A stretch of 59,810 bases of DNA, filler included, from Sphacelaria rigidula (GCA_964200075.2; 10 parts of 10 records of this genome joined end to end with filler, not necessarily neighbours in it), one strand, 5' to 3'. Positions 36,416 to 50,375 are shown, numbered from the whole stretch's first letter. Numbers and translations: made by a program. Notes: generated by a model from the letters alone, not told the origin.

Positions 36416-37625
36416 CGAGCTGGGCCAGCCTAGACACGGATTTAGGCTCTCAAAGCAATATCTCGTCGACACGGACGAGTTGGGCCATGATCCGCATATT
36501 GTATTACTCGTCTAACCAAGGGGAAGGTGGCCATCTGCTCAATTTTTTGGGCCCATATTTTCTCGTTGATTGAACCCCACGTCCAGTAATTCCTATACCT
36601 ACGGGAGATAGCGTCCATACTAAAATCTCTATGAAACCCCCGATAGATGAATCCAGCGGAAGACGACGAATTTTGGTGTGGACATTCCCTGAAGCACGGG
36701 GAGACGATAGATACCCTCACCTTCACCTACTTCGTAATCTATCTCGAGATATGGCGCACATAATTTTACATACTAAATCAGTATATTACGAGCAGATGCG
36801 CTAGATTAGCTTAACCTGGATATCGCGTCTCAGTTTTTGACAGTTATGCTATAAAATTTCGTATGGAGAACCGCTGGTGCATAATATAGCTAATAAACAA
36901 AGCTTTTCCATTTTTTCGCTTTTTTCAATTCGGGTTTTTGGGGAAGTTTTGAGGAGAAATGAACACTGCTTTTGGGCCTTAGCTCATTTTTTTAGCTTAA
37001 TGTTTATAATTGTAACTTGAAAGTCAGGATGGAGAACCACAGAGGTATGCTGAATAAATAAAAAAAAATGGGCCCTCAGTTTTTTTGGGGGGGGAGAGGT
37101 TCGGGCGTTTTCGTAAAACAATGGCGGTTTCCATACTAAAACGCCCCAAACCAGTGAAAAAATAAGAAAAAATCAACCTGACCCACTTTTTTCGGTCAAT
37201 GATGCCCTAGCCACGCCCCACACAAAGTTTCAATACACAAACACCAAACGTGGGCCGGTAAGTGGCCTGCAAAATACTGTTCCGAATTTCTTCTGACCCT
37301 GTCACTAAACGGCCCATTATACGGCCGATATTTACAGTTGGACCCTGAAATTTGGTATGAACAATGAATAGGGCATGATAAAAACAAATGTCAGTGAAAA
37401 CAAGGTTTTTCTTTTTTGTTTCATGAGTTAAGCAATAATCATTTTTCAGATATCGGTAAAATGCCCCTAACTCATAGAAAAAAACAGAAAACCCTTGTGT
37501 GCACTGGTAACGTTTTTTCATTATGCCCTGTTCATTGTCCACACCAAAGTTCAGGATCCAACTCTAAATATTGGCCGTATAATGGGCCTGAAAACTACAG
37601 AATTGCTCCAGGCTGGCCCAGCTCG
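36416..37625. mobile_element. TA-flanked non-autonomous DNA transposon, CGAGCTGGGC family
   Basis: TA|CGAGCTGGGCCAGCCT ... AGGCTGGCCCAGCTCG|TA (16-bp perfect TIR); internal inverted repeat ~37311-37397 vs ~37502-37588. Confidence 0.85.
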
Positions 37626-40600
37626 TAGAGCCAGGTTGTCCAGAACGTGTTTTGGTCCAAAATCGGTTCAAGGGCGTCGATTTGAGCTCTCGAAAGGCGT
37701 CGATTTGAGCTCGTAACGCAAGCTTTACTTGGAGCCTTTATTATCGACAGATGAAAAAAATAGGAGAAGTCTGAATTTCCGGCAATCGCCTGGGGCTCGT
37801 CGTTATCTAAATCTACTGTTGCTGTTAGATATCTCATTGCAGATGGTGCTGATCTCGTCGTTTGCTTGCCTTCGCCGGCAAAATAAAGGACAGGGTTACG
37901 CTACCTGCCGTGTATGGCGTTCATAACTGTGGCAAACATATTTCTCGCAACTTCTCTGGGACACGGGGGGGCAGTCGGACAGGCTAGGGCGTGATCGACC
38001 GGCTCTCTCGGGAGGCTGCAGCAGCACAAATGAGTAAAAATACCGACTGTAGAAAGCCCCGTGCATAGATTGCAGCATGCTTGCTTTCTATGAGTTGTAT
38101 GTGCAGATACACCAAATAAAACTACCAGCTACACACTTTTCAGACGGTGCAGTAGCGTACACTCGCAGCAGCACTGCAGGGAAGTAAGAAGCTACTGGAT
38201 TGTTTCTGCTCTTCACTTCGAAAGTGCGCATGCCTGCAAACGAAGACCACCGTGCCTGGCCCCAACAGCTCAAACACCGCTGCCGGGGCACACACGGTCT
38301 GAGAAAATAGACAGCGCCAACCCGTGGTGCTTTTTACTCTACGACATAGCCCAGGGTGTCACTAGCAAGGTTCCTGATGATTCTCGCATGCTTACGAGCG
38401 CCACGGCGTCCGCCAAGGGCAGCTCTGCGGAGTATTGCGCTGCGGTCCGAAATATTTGGCGTTCGCCAAACGTAAAGGCTCGGTGGAAAAATTTAGCCGC
38501 TTCATTTTCGGAGAAGACCAAACGCCAGGTGCGAAAACGCCTAAACTCTTGGCGATCTGTCGTGATCGAGTCTCAGGGTGGCGTATCAAGCTCGTGGGAC
38601 ATACGCTGGGGGTGGTGAAACACCAGCGGCCGGCATAACCGTCACTGCAGGCAAGCAGTTGTGCTGCACCAGAGACTCACCGGAGAGTTCGGTTCAAGCA
38701 GCACTGCATGCATAACGCAAAACACGTACTCATTTTCACGTGCAGAGAGGCACCTTTTACATTCTTGCAAGCGAGATGTCTCCAGGTGATGGCTGATAGC
38801 TTTGTTATTAGGCTTGGCTTCTGGTTAGCTAGGACCGAAGTTGCTACTTGGTGGAAGTTGGAAGTTGTGACGGAGTGGGTGCGCAACTCCTCAAAACTGG
38901 AAGAAAACGCTACTATGCGAATGGAATACGACCTATTGCACACGTCAAGCGCACTTCGAAACGCCTACTACATATACAGTCGATATCCGCCGTAACATCC
39001 GCCTCCCTTGCTTTGTGCACGCTGCTAATGGAAGACAAGGGATGTCACAGCTCATGTCACTCCGAGAGAGATTCACATAAGTCTCTATGCCATCAGCCTA
39101 ATACCACGCCAAAGACGAGAAAACCGCAGAATTTCGGGGCTAGGGTAACCACGGGAAAAATTCGTCATGAAATCAGAAGATGGGCAAAACCTGGTATTCA
39201 AGGAAAAGCTCATTCTCACGCCCTTTCAGATCATAGCGACTGCTTTCGCATGGGCCATGTCTTCTCGGGATCTCCGTTAGACTGGAGAACAGATACGAAA
39301 ATAGAATATTGTGATATAGATGGGGCGTAACCCTAGGTTCAACGCCTTCCAAACTATGATCAGTGTGCTGCAGGCTTGAGTAGGTACGCAACGCACCAGG
39401 TGTCCGAGTAAGGCAAGCCGCAAATGCACACGTGCAGGTTTCCGTGATCGTTGGTCACAGTAGCAATAACAAAAGGAGCTCAAAGGCTCGATATCTTTTT
39501 AACTCTCACTGATTATCCCCGTGATGGCCCAGCACACTGTTCTCACCAATGGTAAACAGTAGGAGCAGATGGTCCGGCTCAAAGGATGGCTCAAGAGTGG
39601 GCAAGGATGCATGGGTACATGCGACGCAACCTATCTAAATTCGGCCCGAGAAGGCGTTTGCCTCCTCGGGGTCAGGGCATTTCAGCCTGCACACTAATCT
39701 TCCCAAGAGTACAGCCTGTACATCCCGTTTTCCCAGAACTTCGGAAGCATTCCCGTGGCTGGATCGAATGATCTGTGAGCCAACCTGCCCCAAAACTGTC
39801 TGGAGGAACAGATAACGCCTCTCTATCTTCCTTCCTCATGACAATATGACTATTTTCAGATAGTAACGGCGCTTAGACACCCGTGATTGGTTACGCCAAT
39901 CCTAGGCGGTATGGGACTCGCGAAGAGCTGACCCACTGAAAATAACCCCAAGAAAGCGTTCACTGGTTGATGGGAGCGCTGCACGCTTTTTCTCCTATCG
40001 ACCAGTACCCGCTAACCTTCTGGATACTGGGGAACTACATCGTATATCAACAGTTCAGTCACGACACAGTGTCCTAGCAGGTACTCGGCGCCCACCCTAT
40101 TGTGCAATGCTCACGCATGAATATTTCTACATAAGAAGGGTGGGGCGTCCTAAAGTCGGATCAACGTTCACCGAGGACGAAGAAATGTGATGAACGGACT
40201 GGGTACCTGAAACAAAGGGTAGGATCAGGTCAACAAAATCAAGCGAGAAAAATCGATAAATGATTCTCATTGAACCCAAGACCGGAAAAAAACGAAAAGA
40301 GCGGAGCAAGATCGACCCTGCGGGAACGTGAAGGGGAAAAGAGAAACCGAAAAGTAGTACCGAAGGAACAAACCAGGCTCGCAACATGAAAGGGGAAGAA
40401 AAAAATAAAAGAAGAAACATGAAACAAAAGTAGAAGTTACTTCCCAGGTCTATGATGCGGAGAAAAAAATCATGAACCATGAAAACAAATAAAAGGGCCT
40501 GACACGAGAACGAGGATCAAGTCCGACGAACGCAAAAGAAACAAAAGCACAAGAGAAAAAAAAGAGAAGAAAACACATGGAATCCAGATTAGAAAACCGA

Positions 40601-43600
40601 ACAGAGAAAGATATGAGGGATAGAGGGACAAATTCCAACCCGTAAAAACAGAAACGAGGCAAAAAAGTCAAGACCATGTCCCAAAAATCAAAATCGAACG
40701 TTAAAAAGTGAAGGAATAAAAACGGAAACGATAACAAGATATATACCCGAGCGCATGATAACGGGAAAACACGAGTAGAAACAATCCCGAGAAGAGTAGG
40801 GAAAAAAAAAGCATAGCTGTTCTAATGAAAAGAGAGAAACGGTACTGAACTACTGCTTATTCCTTTAAAAACAAATATGCAAAACTGCTGCTCGCTTCTG
40901 TAGTGCAGCACGAAACGGTCTCCTGCACTTTCCTTCGTACAATATTAATGCATTTCTCTGCTTCGTTGATGTATAGGCTCGCTCGTCTGGGCCACTTGCA
41001 GGACCTCTTGACGTGAAGATTCTTCGTAGTCTCGGTCGTCTTGTCACTCTCCAGAAGCATCTACCGCAGTGAAATACTTGTGCTTTCTGCTCAGCTCCGT
41101 CAAAATCCTTTCAGAATGCGAAACCTATGGGGAACAAGTTCAGAGCCTCACTGCACGACAGAGGGACATGGCGTGCTCGGGCGGGATGGCCTACTTGATG
41201 CCTTGGCTGGGCGGTGCAGATGTCAAAAGGGCGTGGAACCTGTCCACTCATGGAAGCGTGAGGCTTTCCAGGACTCCGCTTCTTGGTAGCCACTTCGACA
41301 TTGCTTCATCCTGGGCCTTTTCTCGCTATTTGTAACCTGTTTTTTTCTCTGGATTTTGACTCGCGACGGTCTTTCAGAGTGAGAGGTGGGATTTCAAAGG
41401 TTGGCGTCACCTTGAAGTCTGGTGTTCAGGCAAACTAGGCGAAGCCGTCAGCGATTAAAATCTCAGGTGGAGCGGGTAACGAAATGCGGTTCAACATCCG
41501 GCGGACTATCTTACGCGTACCTGGCACGTATTTCGTGTCCTTGCATCACCACCTCCAGACCGCGTGCCGTCGTCGATCCTTCTTAAACTTCCATGTATCG
41601 TGTACTAGTGCTGCAGTTGCCTGCCATTGTCGTCCCGACATTGAGATCTCACCTTCCGGATCCATCACCAGTCTTACCTCGCATGGGTGCTCTTTGCGCT
41701 GTTCTGCGAAAGCATCCAGCCCTATACTCGGTTCTTCTTGTGAGATACGTATAAGTCAGCTTAGAGATGTAACAGGGTTGCCAGAAAACTGAGAAGGTAT
41801 TTTGAAATGAGAATCCACCGCTCCCCGGGATTGTGTCCNNNNNNNNNNNNNNNNNNNNNNNNNNNNNNNNNNNNNNNNNNNNTTAATTAATTAANNNNNN
41901 NNNNNNNNNNNNNNNNNNNNNNNNNNNNNNNNNNNNNNGTGTTCTGTGGTCTTTTTTTTCTCTTTTTTTGAAAGGGCTTTTCCTTTGGCTGGGGCGTGCG
42001 GCCCCCCCCCCCCCCCCTCCTCCCAGCGTCATGATCCATACGTGTCGACCCTTCTCAGCCGATGACGTGCGTCAGTGGCGCTCACGCGTACAAGGAAATC
42101 GTTCGACAATTGTATATGTATATCATGGGTCTATATCCGCAGCTCTGCATTTTGTACTCGCAAGGGGTCGGCTTTTACGATGTTGTTGTGTCGTCTACTA
42201 GACAGCCGAAGGATGAAGAGGGGGGGGAGGGGGCGATTGGGCAGTGAGGGTTCTCATATCCCGATTGCCTGACACTGTCGATCAAACGTGGCTGCTATAT
42301 GAAGTTCTCATGGCAGGCTTGAATAATTTTCACAATACTTCAGCATCGCGAAGCTACCTGAACGCGTGTACAAAAGAGCCGAAGTGGTCAAGTGGCGGGA
42401 TTTTTGTTTGTTGTGGTGCGTGTGTATTTTGCGACTGAAGCGAACCGCCTTCTGCTCCCAAAAATGTTTTCAGGTTATCTATTTATTTTGCCGTGGAAAT
42501 CAGTGGGTGGTCCAGTTGAGACCGCCCCCGCCTTTTGCTGAGTGCGGTAGTCGTTCAGCTTTTTGCAAAAAGTAGGCCGCCGTGAAGTGAAGAAATGGTG
42601 CATCAGTGGAGGGATTCAAGTGTGTCGCGGGTTTAGGTTGATTCGACCCTCCCACGTGGTCGTTTCGATGTACACGCGGGGAAGAGTTGATGGCGGCAGC
42701 ACGTATAGCCTAGTACATGCAGCGGCCCTCAATGTTGGATGGCGTCGCGGATAGAAGTAGTATAGCGCTGCGATGAAGTAAAATGTGGTTTTCTGTTGAG
42801 GGTTGTCCCCTTCCCCCACAAGACGTATTCTCGTACTGTACTGTAGCAGTCTGTGTCATCACGCTTGTGGTTTTGCTGTGGCCACTGTGGTTCGAAAAAA
42901 ACCCCACAGGACTCTATCCTCTCTACAACTAACTCCTTGCGGGGATGATCGAAGATGTCCTTCTTGGTTTTTTGTAGGGTTCGTTTTCCTGCACGGATGA
43001 CGTGATACAACCTTGGTTTTGGTTTGTTTCCGTTTATCTCGTTGTACAAGCACCCACCCCGCCTTGAGAGTGCCTTAACCGATGGTTTAGAGCACTCACC
43101 AGCGCGTGGTGCATGAGAGTGTATCGTATTAGTAAGTGTTTGGGGAACCGCGGGGGAGATGGATGATCGGGTGTGTACTGTGCTGTATACTCCGTGCACA
43201 ATGTTGGGATAGCTAAATAGTCGGGAGATATGTCTTGCTCCATACAAACTACTTCGAGTTGGAGGGGGAGGGGGAAGAAGGGCACGGGAAAATCGTTATT
43301 TCCTTGGTGTCTTTATTTTGTAATGTCGATTTCGCGTCCTTGTCTTCCCGTCTTCCTCCTTTTGCTGCCTGATTTGTGATTGTCTTATCGCTGGTTATCT
43401 GTTGGCTTTTTTACAATTTTCAACTGTTTTCTTTGGGGGGGGCGCGCGCGCGGGTGGGGAGGGGAGGGGGGGAGGGGGGGGTCGGTGCTATGTGCCACGT
43501 AAAGTACGATAAAGCTTTACTGCGTGTTGTTGCGTCAAATGTGTGTGTGTCGGGGCGCGTTGTTCGAATAATAATCTTATACTATTAGCTTTCAAATTAG

Positions 43601-45672
43601 TCTCCGGTGTCCGTGAGATCTGTGAACCGTAGTTATAGTTGGGCCACATGGTCTGTGTTCTATTGGTATTTAGGGTGACTTTTTGTCAAGAATACAACCA
43701 TGTGAACTCGTTGTTGAGCGCGCGGAGGGGGGGACGGGGAGGGGGTGTTAACCTAGTTTTTCGCTGTACCAGGCAGCCGTCGATAGAGCTAAAATATTTT
43801 CATCGCTGTTCAGCAAAATGATAAATGTGTGACTCGTTTTTCATGCTAGACGGCAGACTGCCCTTCGCTTTTTCCCGACAGGCCCGGAAAGCTGTTTTTA
43901 ATGTAAACAGAAAGTGTGCACGTGCGACGGAAATTCGCACTACCGAAACTAGTCTACAGGAGACGCGGACAGGCCGCTACAAAAGTTGAAAGCAAGCGAC
44001 GCTTGGGACGTAGTTCAACGGAACTTTTTCATAAATGAACTGCGATGATGATGAAATAGATACTCCGGATTTTGGTCGCAAAAAAGCAGGACGAACACTA
44101 CCTACCCCCCCGAACAGCCGAATTATCGATCCCAGCACCCTTCATGAGTATTCTTTGCAAGCAAGTCATGCATGGATTCGGAAATACTCCTGCATGGAGA
44201 ATAGAAAGGTTGGAAACGAGTTGACTACACTGACTGTAACAGCAATACTTGTAGCTACTGGTTCCTTACTTTTTGTGCTCCTCCTACGTTCTCGTTACCT
44301 CAAGCCGCGCCTGGGACAGAGGCCTGTCGCTGTTGCTTGTTTTTTCCCAGGCTAGTATCCAGGTATTAATCAGCATATATATATATATATATATATGTTT
44401 TTTTTGCAGTTTACTCTGTTCTCACTCCTGTTTTCCTTGAACAATATTTTCGTGAGATTGAGAGGAGAGGATACGATTGACTGTGACGAGCGATGAATAG
44501 TTTCAGTTCCTAACTGCTCCTACACGAGGCCCGATACGCTTTCTGTACTAGCTTACCACCGAAGCCCTTGATATCGCTGAGTAGGATATCCACGTGTAGG
44601 TGACAACACACGCCAGTGATACAGGCAAAGAAAAGCACACACGGAATGATGAAAAAATTGCCAGTTCAAGCGAATGATAAAACCCACTCTCAATCGTTAG
44701 CGCTCTACTCTCAATCTCATGACAGCAGTGTTCTTGACCTCTTTCGTCTTCTTCAAGCTTAATTGCAGCGAGTTTTGCAATTTGTAGCGGATCTGCTGAC
44801 AACATTTATTTATATGCGACAGTGAGCAATTTATCAGGTAAGATTGGTGCTTGGCCGTAGGTGATCCATGTTTCTTCTAGGGTTCCCTCTGAGCCTTGAG
44901 CATGACTCTAGGTAACCCCTTGATGAGTTGCAACGACGGAAGAAGGGGTTGGCATCGGTGTACCCCCCCCCCCCGCGCGCGCCATTCTTCAGTAACATGA
45001 CAAGGTGAACAAACTGCTGTGCAGAACCGAAGGCGGGCGATTTTTTCTGCTGAGCAATCAGCGGGGATGGTGGGACGGGTTGCTCTCAACGCAGACTTGA
45101 CCGTGACTCCGTCATCGATCGAACCGTGCACGTGAGCAAAGCCGTGCCTCTCTTGTCGGTCAAAAGAGTGGTGTTTTGCTACCATGAAGCGAGGGGAGGG
45201 GTGTAGAGTAAAAAGCCCGCTTTTTGTTGAAAGAAAACACTTGTTTCTCTCGATCGATCGATCTCATGAACCAAGCAGGGTGCGACTCAAATTATCTGAA
45301 GACCACACGACGACTCGAATATTTAAGGACCCCACAACTCGAATATTTAAGGACACTACAACTCACATATCCACGGACCACATGGCTCACAGAATATGAC
45401 GACACAACTCGGATATTAAGGATCACGAAGGCCAAGATCTCTAGTTTAGGCTGTTCAGCAGGAGGAACGAAAACACAGCATAAAATGACGAAGAAAAAAA
45501 CGGCGTATTACGTACGTGGGGGGGGGGGGGGGGGGCGGGAAAGGGGGGTATAGCAGCAGCAGCAACAGCAGCAGCAGCAAGAAGGAGTAGTAGGATAATT
45601 CCCATAAATTACCCATNNNNNNNNNNAACAGGAAGGAAAAAAAAAAAAAAAAGAGAAGAAAAAAGAAAAGAA

Positions 45673-45715
<43 letters not shown>

Positions 45716-45957
45716 GAGAAAGTAGGGTATAGCAGCAGCAGCAACAGCAGCAGCAGCAAGTAGTAGTAGTATGATAATTGCCATCAATTACCCATTGGTT
45801 TTCCCATCATTTTGGCTGAAAATGAGTTATATCAATTTTAGACAAACCAAACGTTTTTACAATCTTACTCGAGTTTTTGTAAAACATAGATCTTGACTAC
45901 ATTTGTCACTCTGTCCCGAGAGAAGTGACACGTACGGAGGCCGGGCGATCTAACTTC

Positions 45958-46295
45958 CACACGCGGCCATTTAGCTACAACACCCCAAAATGCCTCCGGA
46001 GGGATGCGCGGCCCTCCATGGGGAAAACAAGCCTCCGGAGGCCTTCCATCCCTCTAGAAGAGGAGACCAAACTCTACCGACCCGGAGGGCCGCGCACCCC
46101 TCCGGAGGAATTTGGGGGTATGCGCGGCCCTCCGGAGGCAAGAATAAGCCTCCGGAGGCGTTTAACCCCGCTGGAGGGAACCAAAAAACCCCTCTGGAGG
46201 GCCGCGCACCCCTCCGGCGGCGTTTAATTCCTCTGGAGGCTCGAAAAGTGTACCCACCTGGAGGAAGTTTGGAGGTAGCCAACTGGCCGCGTGTG
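45958..46295. mobile_element. MITE with CAC..GTG ends and internal CCTCCGGAGG palindrome repeats
   Basis: CACACGCGGCCATTTAGCTAC ... GTAGCCAACTGGCCGCGTGTG, with multiple CCTCCGGAGG/CCTCTGGAGG motifs inside. No clear TSD. Confidence 0.75.
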
Positions 46296-46540
46296 CGACG
46301 ATTTCAAATAGTTTTTCGCGTGCCACTGCTCATCCAAGTAGCGTTTGATCCCAAAAATTGGGGATCGAGAGATACTAGACATCCGCTTCACATTCCGAAA
46401 AAAACGATTCTGCGCTCAATATTGAAAACGCGACTTGCAGGCTGAGTTAACAGGGGTGTTATTGACCGTGCTTGGTCCAAAACACATCTCTTTTCGGCTC
46501 TAGTGCAATGAGTACGTAAATATGAAGCAATAAGGGTTTG
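46296..46540 (+). mobile_element. Internally deleted fragment of the 50755-51968 foldback element family
   Basis: Matches ~50805-50955 (GGGGATCG.GAGATACTA..CATCCGCT..CTCAATATTGAA) joined to ~51320-51395 (AGGGGTGTTA.TGA..TGGTCCAAAACACAT). Confidence 0.7.
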
Positions 46541-46619
46541 AAAAATAATTAACGGAGCAATTGGAATTTGAGGAAGGCAAATACAACAGCTTTATTTTCG
46601 TTTATTATTTCGTTCTAGT

Positions 46620-46859
46620 TCTCCACCTTCCTTCTACGGTGTTTGCTTTTTTTTTTCGGGAGGAGAGTAGGGGTTCAGGGACCCCTTCCCCTCGTCGAGC
46701 GTTGAGTCGATTTTTTTGTGCCCACCATAGTGTCGCTCCCCACTGTTGGGCATGGTGTGGGGAAGAATTCCAGATCATGTGACGTCACCGAGATTCGAAC
46801 CCACGACCCAACCGTCAGAAGGTTTTGAGCTTACCAACTGAGCCACCGGGGCGACCGGC
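46620..46859 (-). mobile_element. tRNA-derived SINE
   Basis: Minus strand GCCGGTCGCCCCGGTGGCTCAGTTGG (A box)..GGTTCGAATC (B box), followed by the body shared with 2799-3120. Confidence 0.85.
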
Positions 46860-47494
46860 AGTATGTATGTATGCACTAGAGTAAATTTTAACCGTCCGTA
46901 GTTCGTATAGACATTCACACGCGTTACTATTAATATTTTTTTAAACGCCCTATTATTATTATTTTTTTTCTATAATACCTTGAACGCCCGCTCTCATTCC
47001 TCAGGACGAGCCTGTAGTCCTTCCGCTCCCTGGCGGTTTACATGACAAGCTTATCAACGGCGTTTGACCTACCTATATCCACCCCCCTCCCCCTCCTCCC
47101 ACCTCCCCCCACAGGGTAATAATAAGGGTTAGATACGAGAGAAGTAGTGAAGAGCCATCCTACGATAGGGGCGGAGGGGCGGGGGGGAGTATTTTGGGCC
47201 ACTTCTTGCACGAAATTCCAAGGCAAGACGTCGTTGAAATCAGCAACGGTTGCTCGAACGAGCTTGTCATAGATAACTAACGCTCATGTATAACGATTGG
47301 TACTGTTTTGAACCAAATACAAGCGCATCGCAAGTGTAGCAGGTCGTCTGACACACCTCTCTGAGCCTTTTTTTTCGTGCAATCAAGTACCCCCCCCCCT
47401 CACCTCTAGACTCTTGGGTTGGCGTCGAGTGGCAACGGCGCTGTAAAACAAGCCACCAAAACCTAGACAAATGTACAGACTGTCACTAAATAGA

Positions 47495-47829
47495 AAAACT
47501 AACCTCCTTCTTGTTTAATCTACTATAACACAGCCCGGACATAGACAGGAAATAGAGAAGCTAACCCCGCTTTTTTATTTGACCTACCATAACACAGCCC
47601 GGACATGGACATGAAATAGAGAGGCTAACCCTCCTTTTTGTGTAACCTACCATAATACAGCCCGGACATAGACATGAAATAGAGAAGCTAACCCTCCTTT
47701 TTATTTGACCTACCATACCACAGCCCGGACATTGACATGAAATAAAGAAGCTAACCCCCCTTTTTATCTTACCTACCATAACACAGCCCGGACATAGACA
47801 GGAAATAGAGAAGCTAACCTTCCCTTTTA
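47495..47829. repeat. Minisatellite, ~60-65-nt unit, at least 5 copies (cut by linker)
   Basis: GCTAACCC..TTTT..ACCTACCATAA.ACAGCCCGGACAT.GACA.GAAATAGAGAA repeated. Confidence 0.95.
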
Positions 47830-48637
47830 NNNNNNNNNNNNNNNNNNNNNNNNNNNNNNNNNNNNNNNNNNNNTTAATTAATTAANNNNNNNNNNNNNNN
47901 NNNNNNNNNNNNNNNNNNNNNNNNNNNNNACTCATTTGTTGCTTGCCTTAGTCGTTTGACCATTGACCACGCATCCCTTTCGAGACGGAGCAGGGGTGGG
48001 GGAGTGGGGGGGGCATATTGTATCAAGTAAAGTATGGCCTGTAGTATTATGTACTTAAATATAGTGTGAATTGAGGCTGAGTGCTACCTGGTTGATACTA
48101 TTTGTACTGTATGTACTGTACATGAACATTCGCAACACGTTTCATAATCGTTTTTGCCTCCTATACTCAGAAGGTGTCAGATAATGATCTTTCGATTCCT
48201 GGGTGATTGACGTTTCTTTGTCCATTTTTCGAAAAGAGGGGGGGAAAGACAGGACGGAGTCGAGGGAGGGTGGGGATACACACACTACATGTTGTAGCAC
48301 AAACTTTGCCGTGACGTCACCAACCCCTCTCCCTCGAAACTGTGAGTTGGATAATGACCCTGCTTTGTTTTACTACTCCCGTATCTGACCATTATCCCGT
48401 AGTGGAGGAGTGGATTTCGTGAGACCAACTAGCCATGAACGCAACTTGGCGCCTTTTGGGCGTTCGTGTTGTGTGTGGCCGCTTTATTTAGTTGTCCGCT
48501 TATCAAATAACCAGAATTTCCCGACTTATCGATCATACAATATAATAATATGCAGTTGTGTCATGACTAAATTAATTTAAACTGAGATTTCATCCGCCCG
48601 CTGTCGATGGTGTTCTTTCGTATCCACTCTCACGCTA

Positions 48638-49769
48638 CGAGCTGGGCCGCCTAAGAAGCTCACCTTCCTTCAGCCCGTTCTAACTGAAGATGTATCGCGA
48701 GTTGTGCCTACTATGACANNNNNNNNNNTGACACATCGTGGTAATCGGCAAATCAGCGCGCGTCTTCAAATCCATGTGGCACTGCGATCGACAAGGTCTC
48801 ATCGAACGAAATAGCAAACTGTAGTCAAGTGCCGAAGTGTAGAGAGTTGTTGAGAGAACCACATGCGGCGGAATTAGCCCCCCCAAAGACGGCTGAAATT
48901 GGATTCTTGGTTACAGTCGGTTGTGCCGCGTGGTGCCGCACAAGCTGCTTTTGTATAACAACACATGTCGCACTAGGCGCGCAGTCTTGAGATGGCACGC
49001 GGACGAGGCCCCCACCGCAGCAAGGCGTCTGGTAGTAGTGTGCGAACCAACGAGCAGTTTGTGAAGACCTCTGAGCCGAACGTAAAAGAAAAGTCGCTTC
49101 CGAGAGAACGAAACTCAATTTTGAATCGTTTTCGATGAAAATTGAACACGTGTACAGGACGTATGTGCGAATACTCCTTCTTTCCTCTCATGTTTTTTTC
49201 TCTTTGTGAATCATTGGTGACGGAAATTTTCAGAACAGTTTTTTTAAGAACGAAATTGCCAATAACTTACGAGAAACAAAAAAAGAGAGAAGGTAAAACA
49301 AGGTCTTCGCACATATGTCGAGTAAATCGTGTCGAAATTTCATCGAAAACAACTCGAAATTGAAGAGCATAATTGCGTTTGAATTATTAGTGGCAGGTTC
49401 ATCTCCACATCCTATAGGAACCGGTTTCGACAAAATGACGCGATTTTCTCGAGCTCAATTTCGAGTCGTTTTCGATGAAATTTCGAAATGATGTATAGGA
49501 CGTACGTGCGAAGACCCTTCTTATCCCCCCCCCCCGTTTTTTTTCTTCATGAGTTCTTGGCGACGAAATATTGAAAAACAGTTTTTTTCGGAACAAAATT
49601 GCCAATAACTCACGAAGAAAAAAAATGAGAAGGGGGGTAAAGAGGGTAAAGAGGGGTCTTCGCACATACGTCCTGTACATCGTGTCAAGATTTCATCGGG
49701 AACGACCCAAAATTGAGTCCGGGATTCGCGTGTCAACATTCCTGTTCGCATTATGGACGGCCCAGCTCG
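48638..49769. mobile_element. TA-flanked non-autonomous DNA transposon, CGAGCTGGGC family, with two tandem long hairpins
   Basis: TA|CGAGCTGGGCCG ... CGGCCCAGCTCG|TA. Internal units ~49114-49363 and ~49454-49717 are each imperfect palindromes (CTCAATT..CGTTTTCGATGAAA ... TTTCATCG..AAC.AC..AAATTGA). Confidence 0.8.
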
Positions 49770-49959
49770 TAAAAGATCCAACCATTGTACCCTGTGTGCC
49801 TTTGGCAGTACCTATCTTACCCGCGTGGAATCGGCTACTCATTTTTTCGGTAGTCATCCAGGAAAGGCATTCGGTTGTTCGGTCATCATTCACAGGGAGC
49901 TGGGTACAAAAGGCTCGGGCAGACTCGCACCTGTGTGAACCGTCGTCGCAGGTACTGGG

Positions 49960-50375
49960 TTGTTAGATCATCGTCATTCAGGCATTTCATCATCATCCAG
50001 AACATTCAGTTCATCACTCCAGTTCTTCGGTTATTAGATCATCCAAGCATTCCGTCATCATCCGGAACATTCAATTCATCACCCCAGTTCTTTGGATTAG
50101 ATCATCACCATCCAGGTTTTCCGTCATCGTCCAGATCATTCCGTACGTCACCTCCGTTCTTCGGTTATTAGATCATCATCACTCACGTATTCCGTCATCA
50201 TCCAGAGCAATCAATTAATCAACCCAGTTTTTCAATCTCATCCAGGCCTTCCGTCATCGTCCAGAATATTCAATATATGCATCACCCTAGTCCTTCCGCT
50301 ATTAGATAATCATGATCCAGGCATTCCGTCATCATCCAGAATATTCGATTCATGACCCCCATTCCTCGGTTACTC
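49960..50375. repeat. Degenerate minisatellite, ~60-70-nt unit, about 6 copies
   Basis: TTAGATCATC..CAGGCATTCCGTCATCATCCAGAACATTCA.TTCATCACCCCAGTTCTTCGGTTA recurring. Confidence 0.9.

Noticed and set aside
39350..41830. MULE/FAR1-like transposase relic (SWIM-like HVCICG..WC)
   Set aside because: Only vague motif resemblance with many stops; not supportable without an HMM search.
45505..45800. Direct duplication around the 10-N gap with long G-runs
   Set aside because: Near-identical sequence on both sides of an assembly gap is most simply an unmerged contig overlap.
46780..46859. tRNA gene
   Set aside because: Has A and B boxes but no convincing acceptor stem, and continues into a multi-copy SINE body.
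47495..47829. Regular repeats as a CRISPR array (also 49960-50375 and the 66-nt FNIP repeats)
   Set aside because: Units are similar along their whole length with no unique spacers, there are no cas genes, and the context is eukaryotic.
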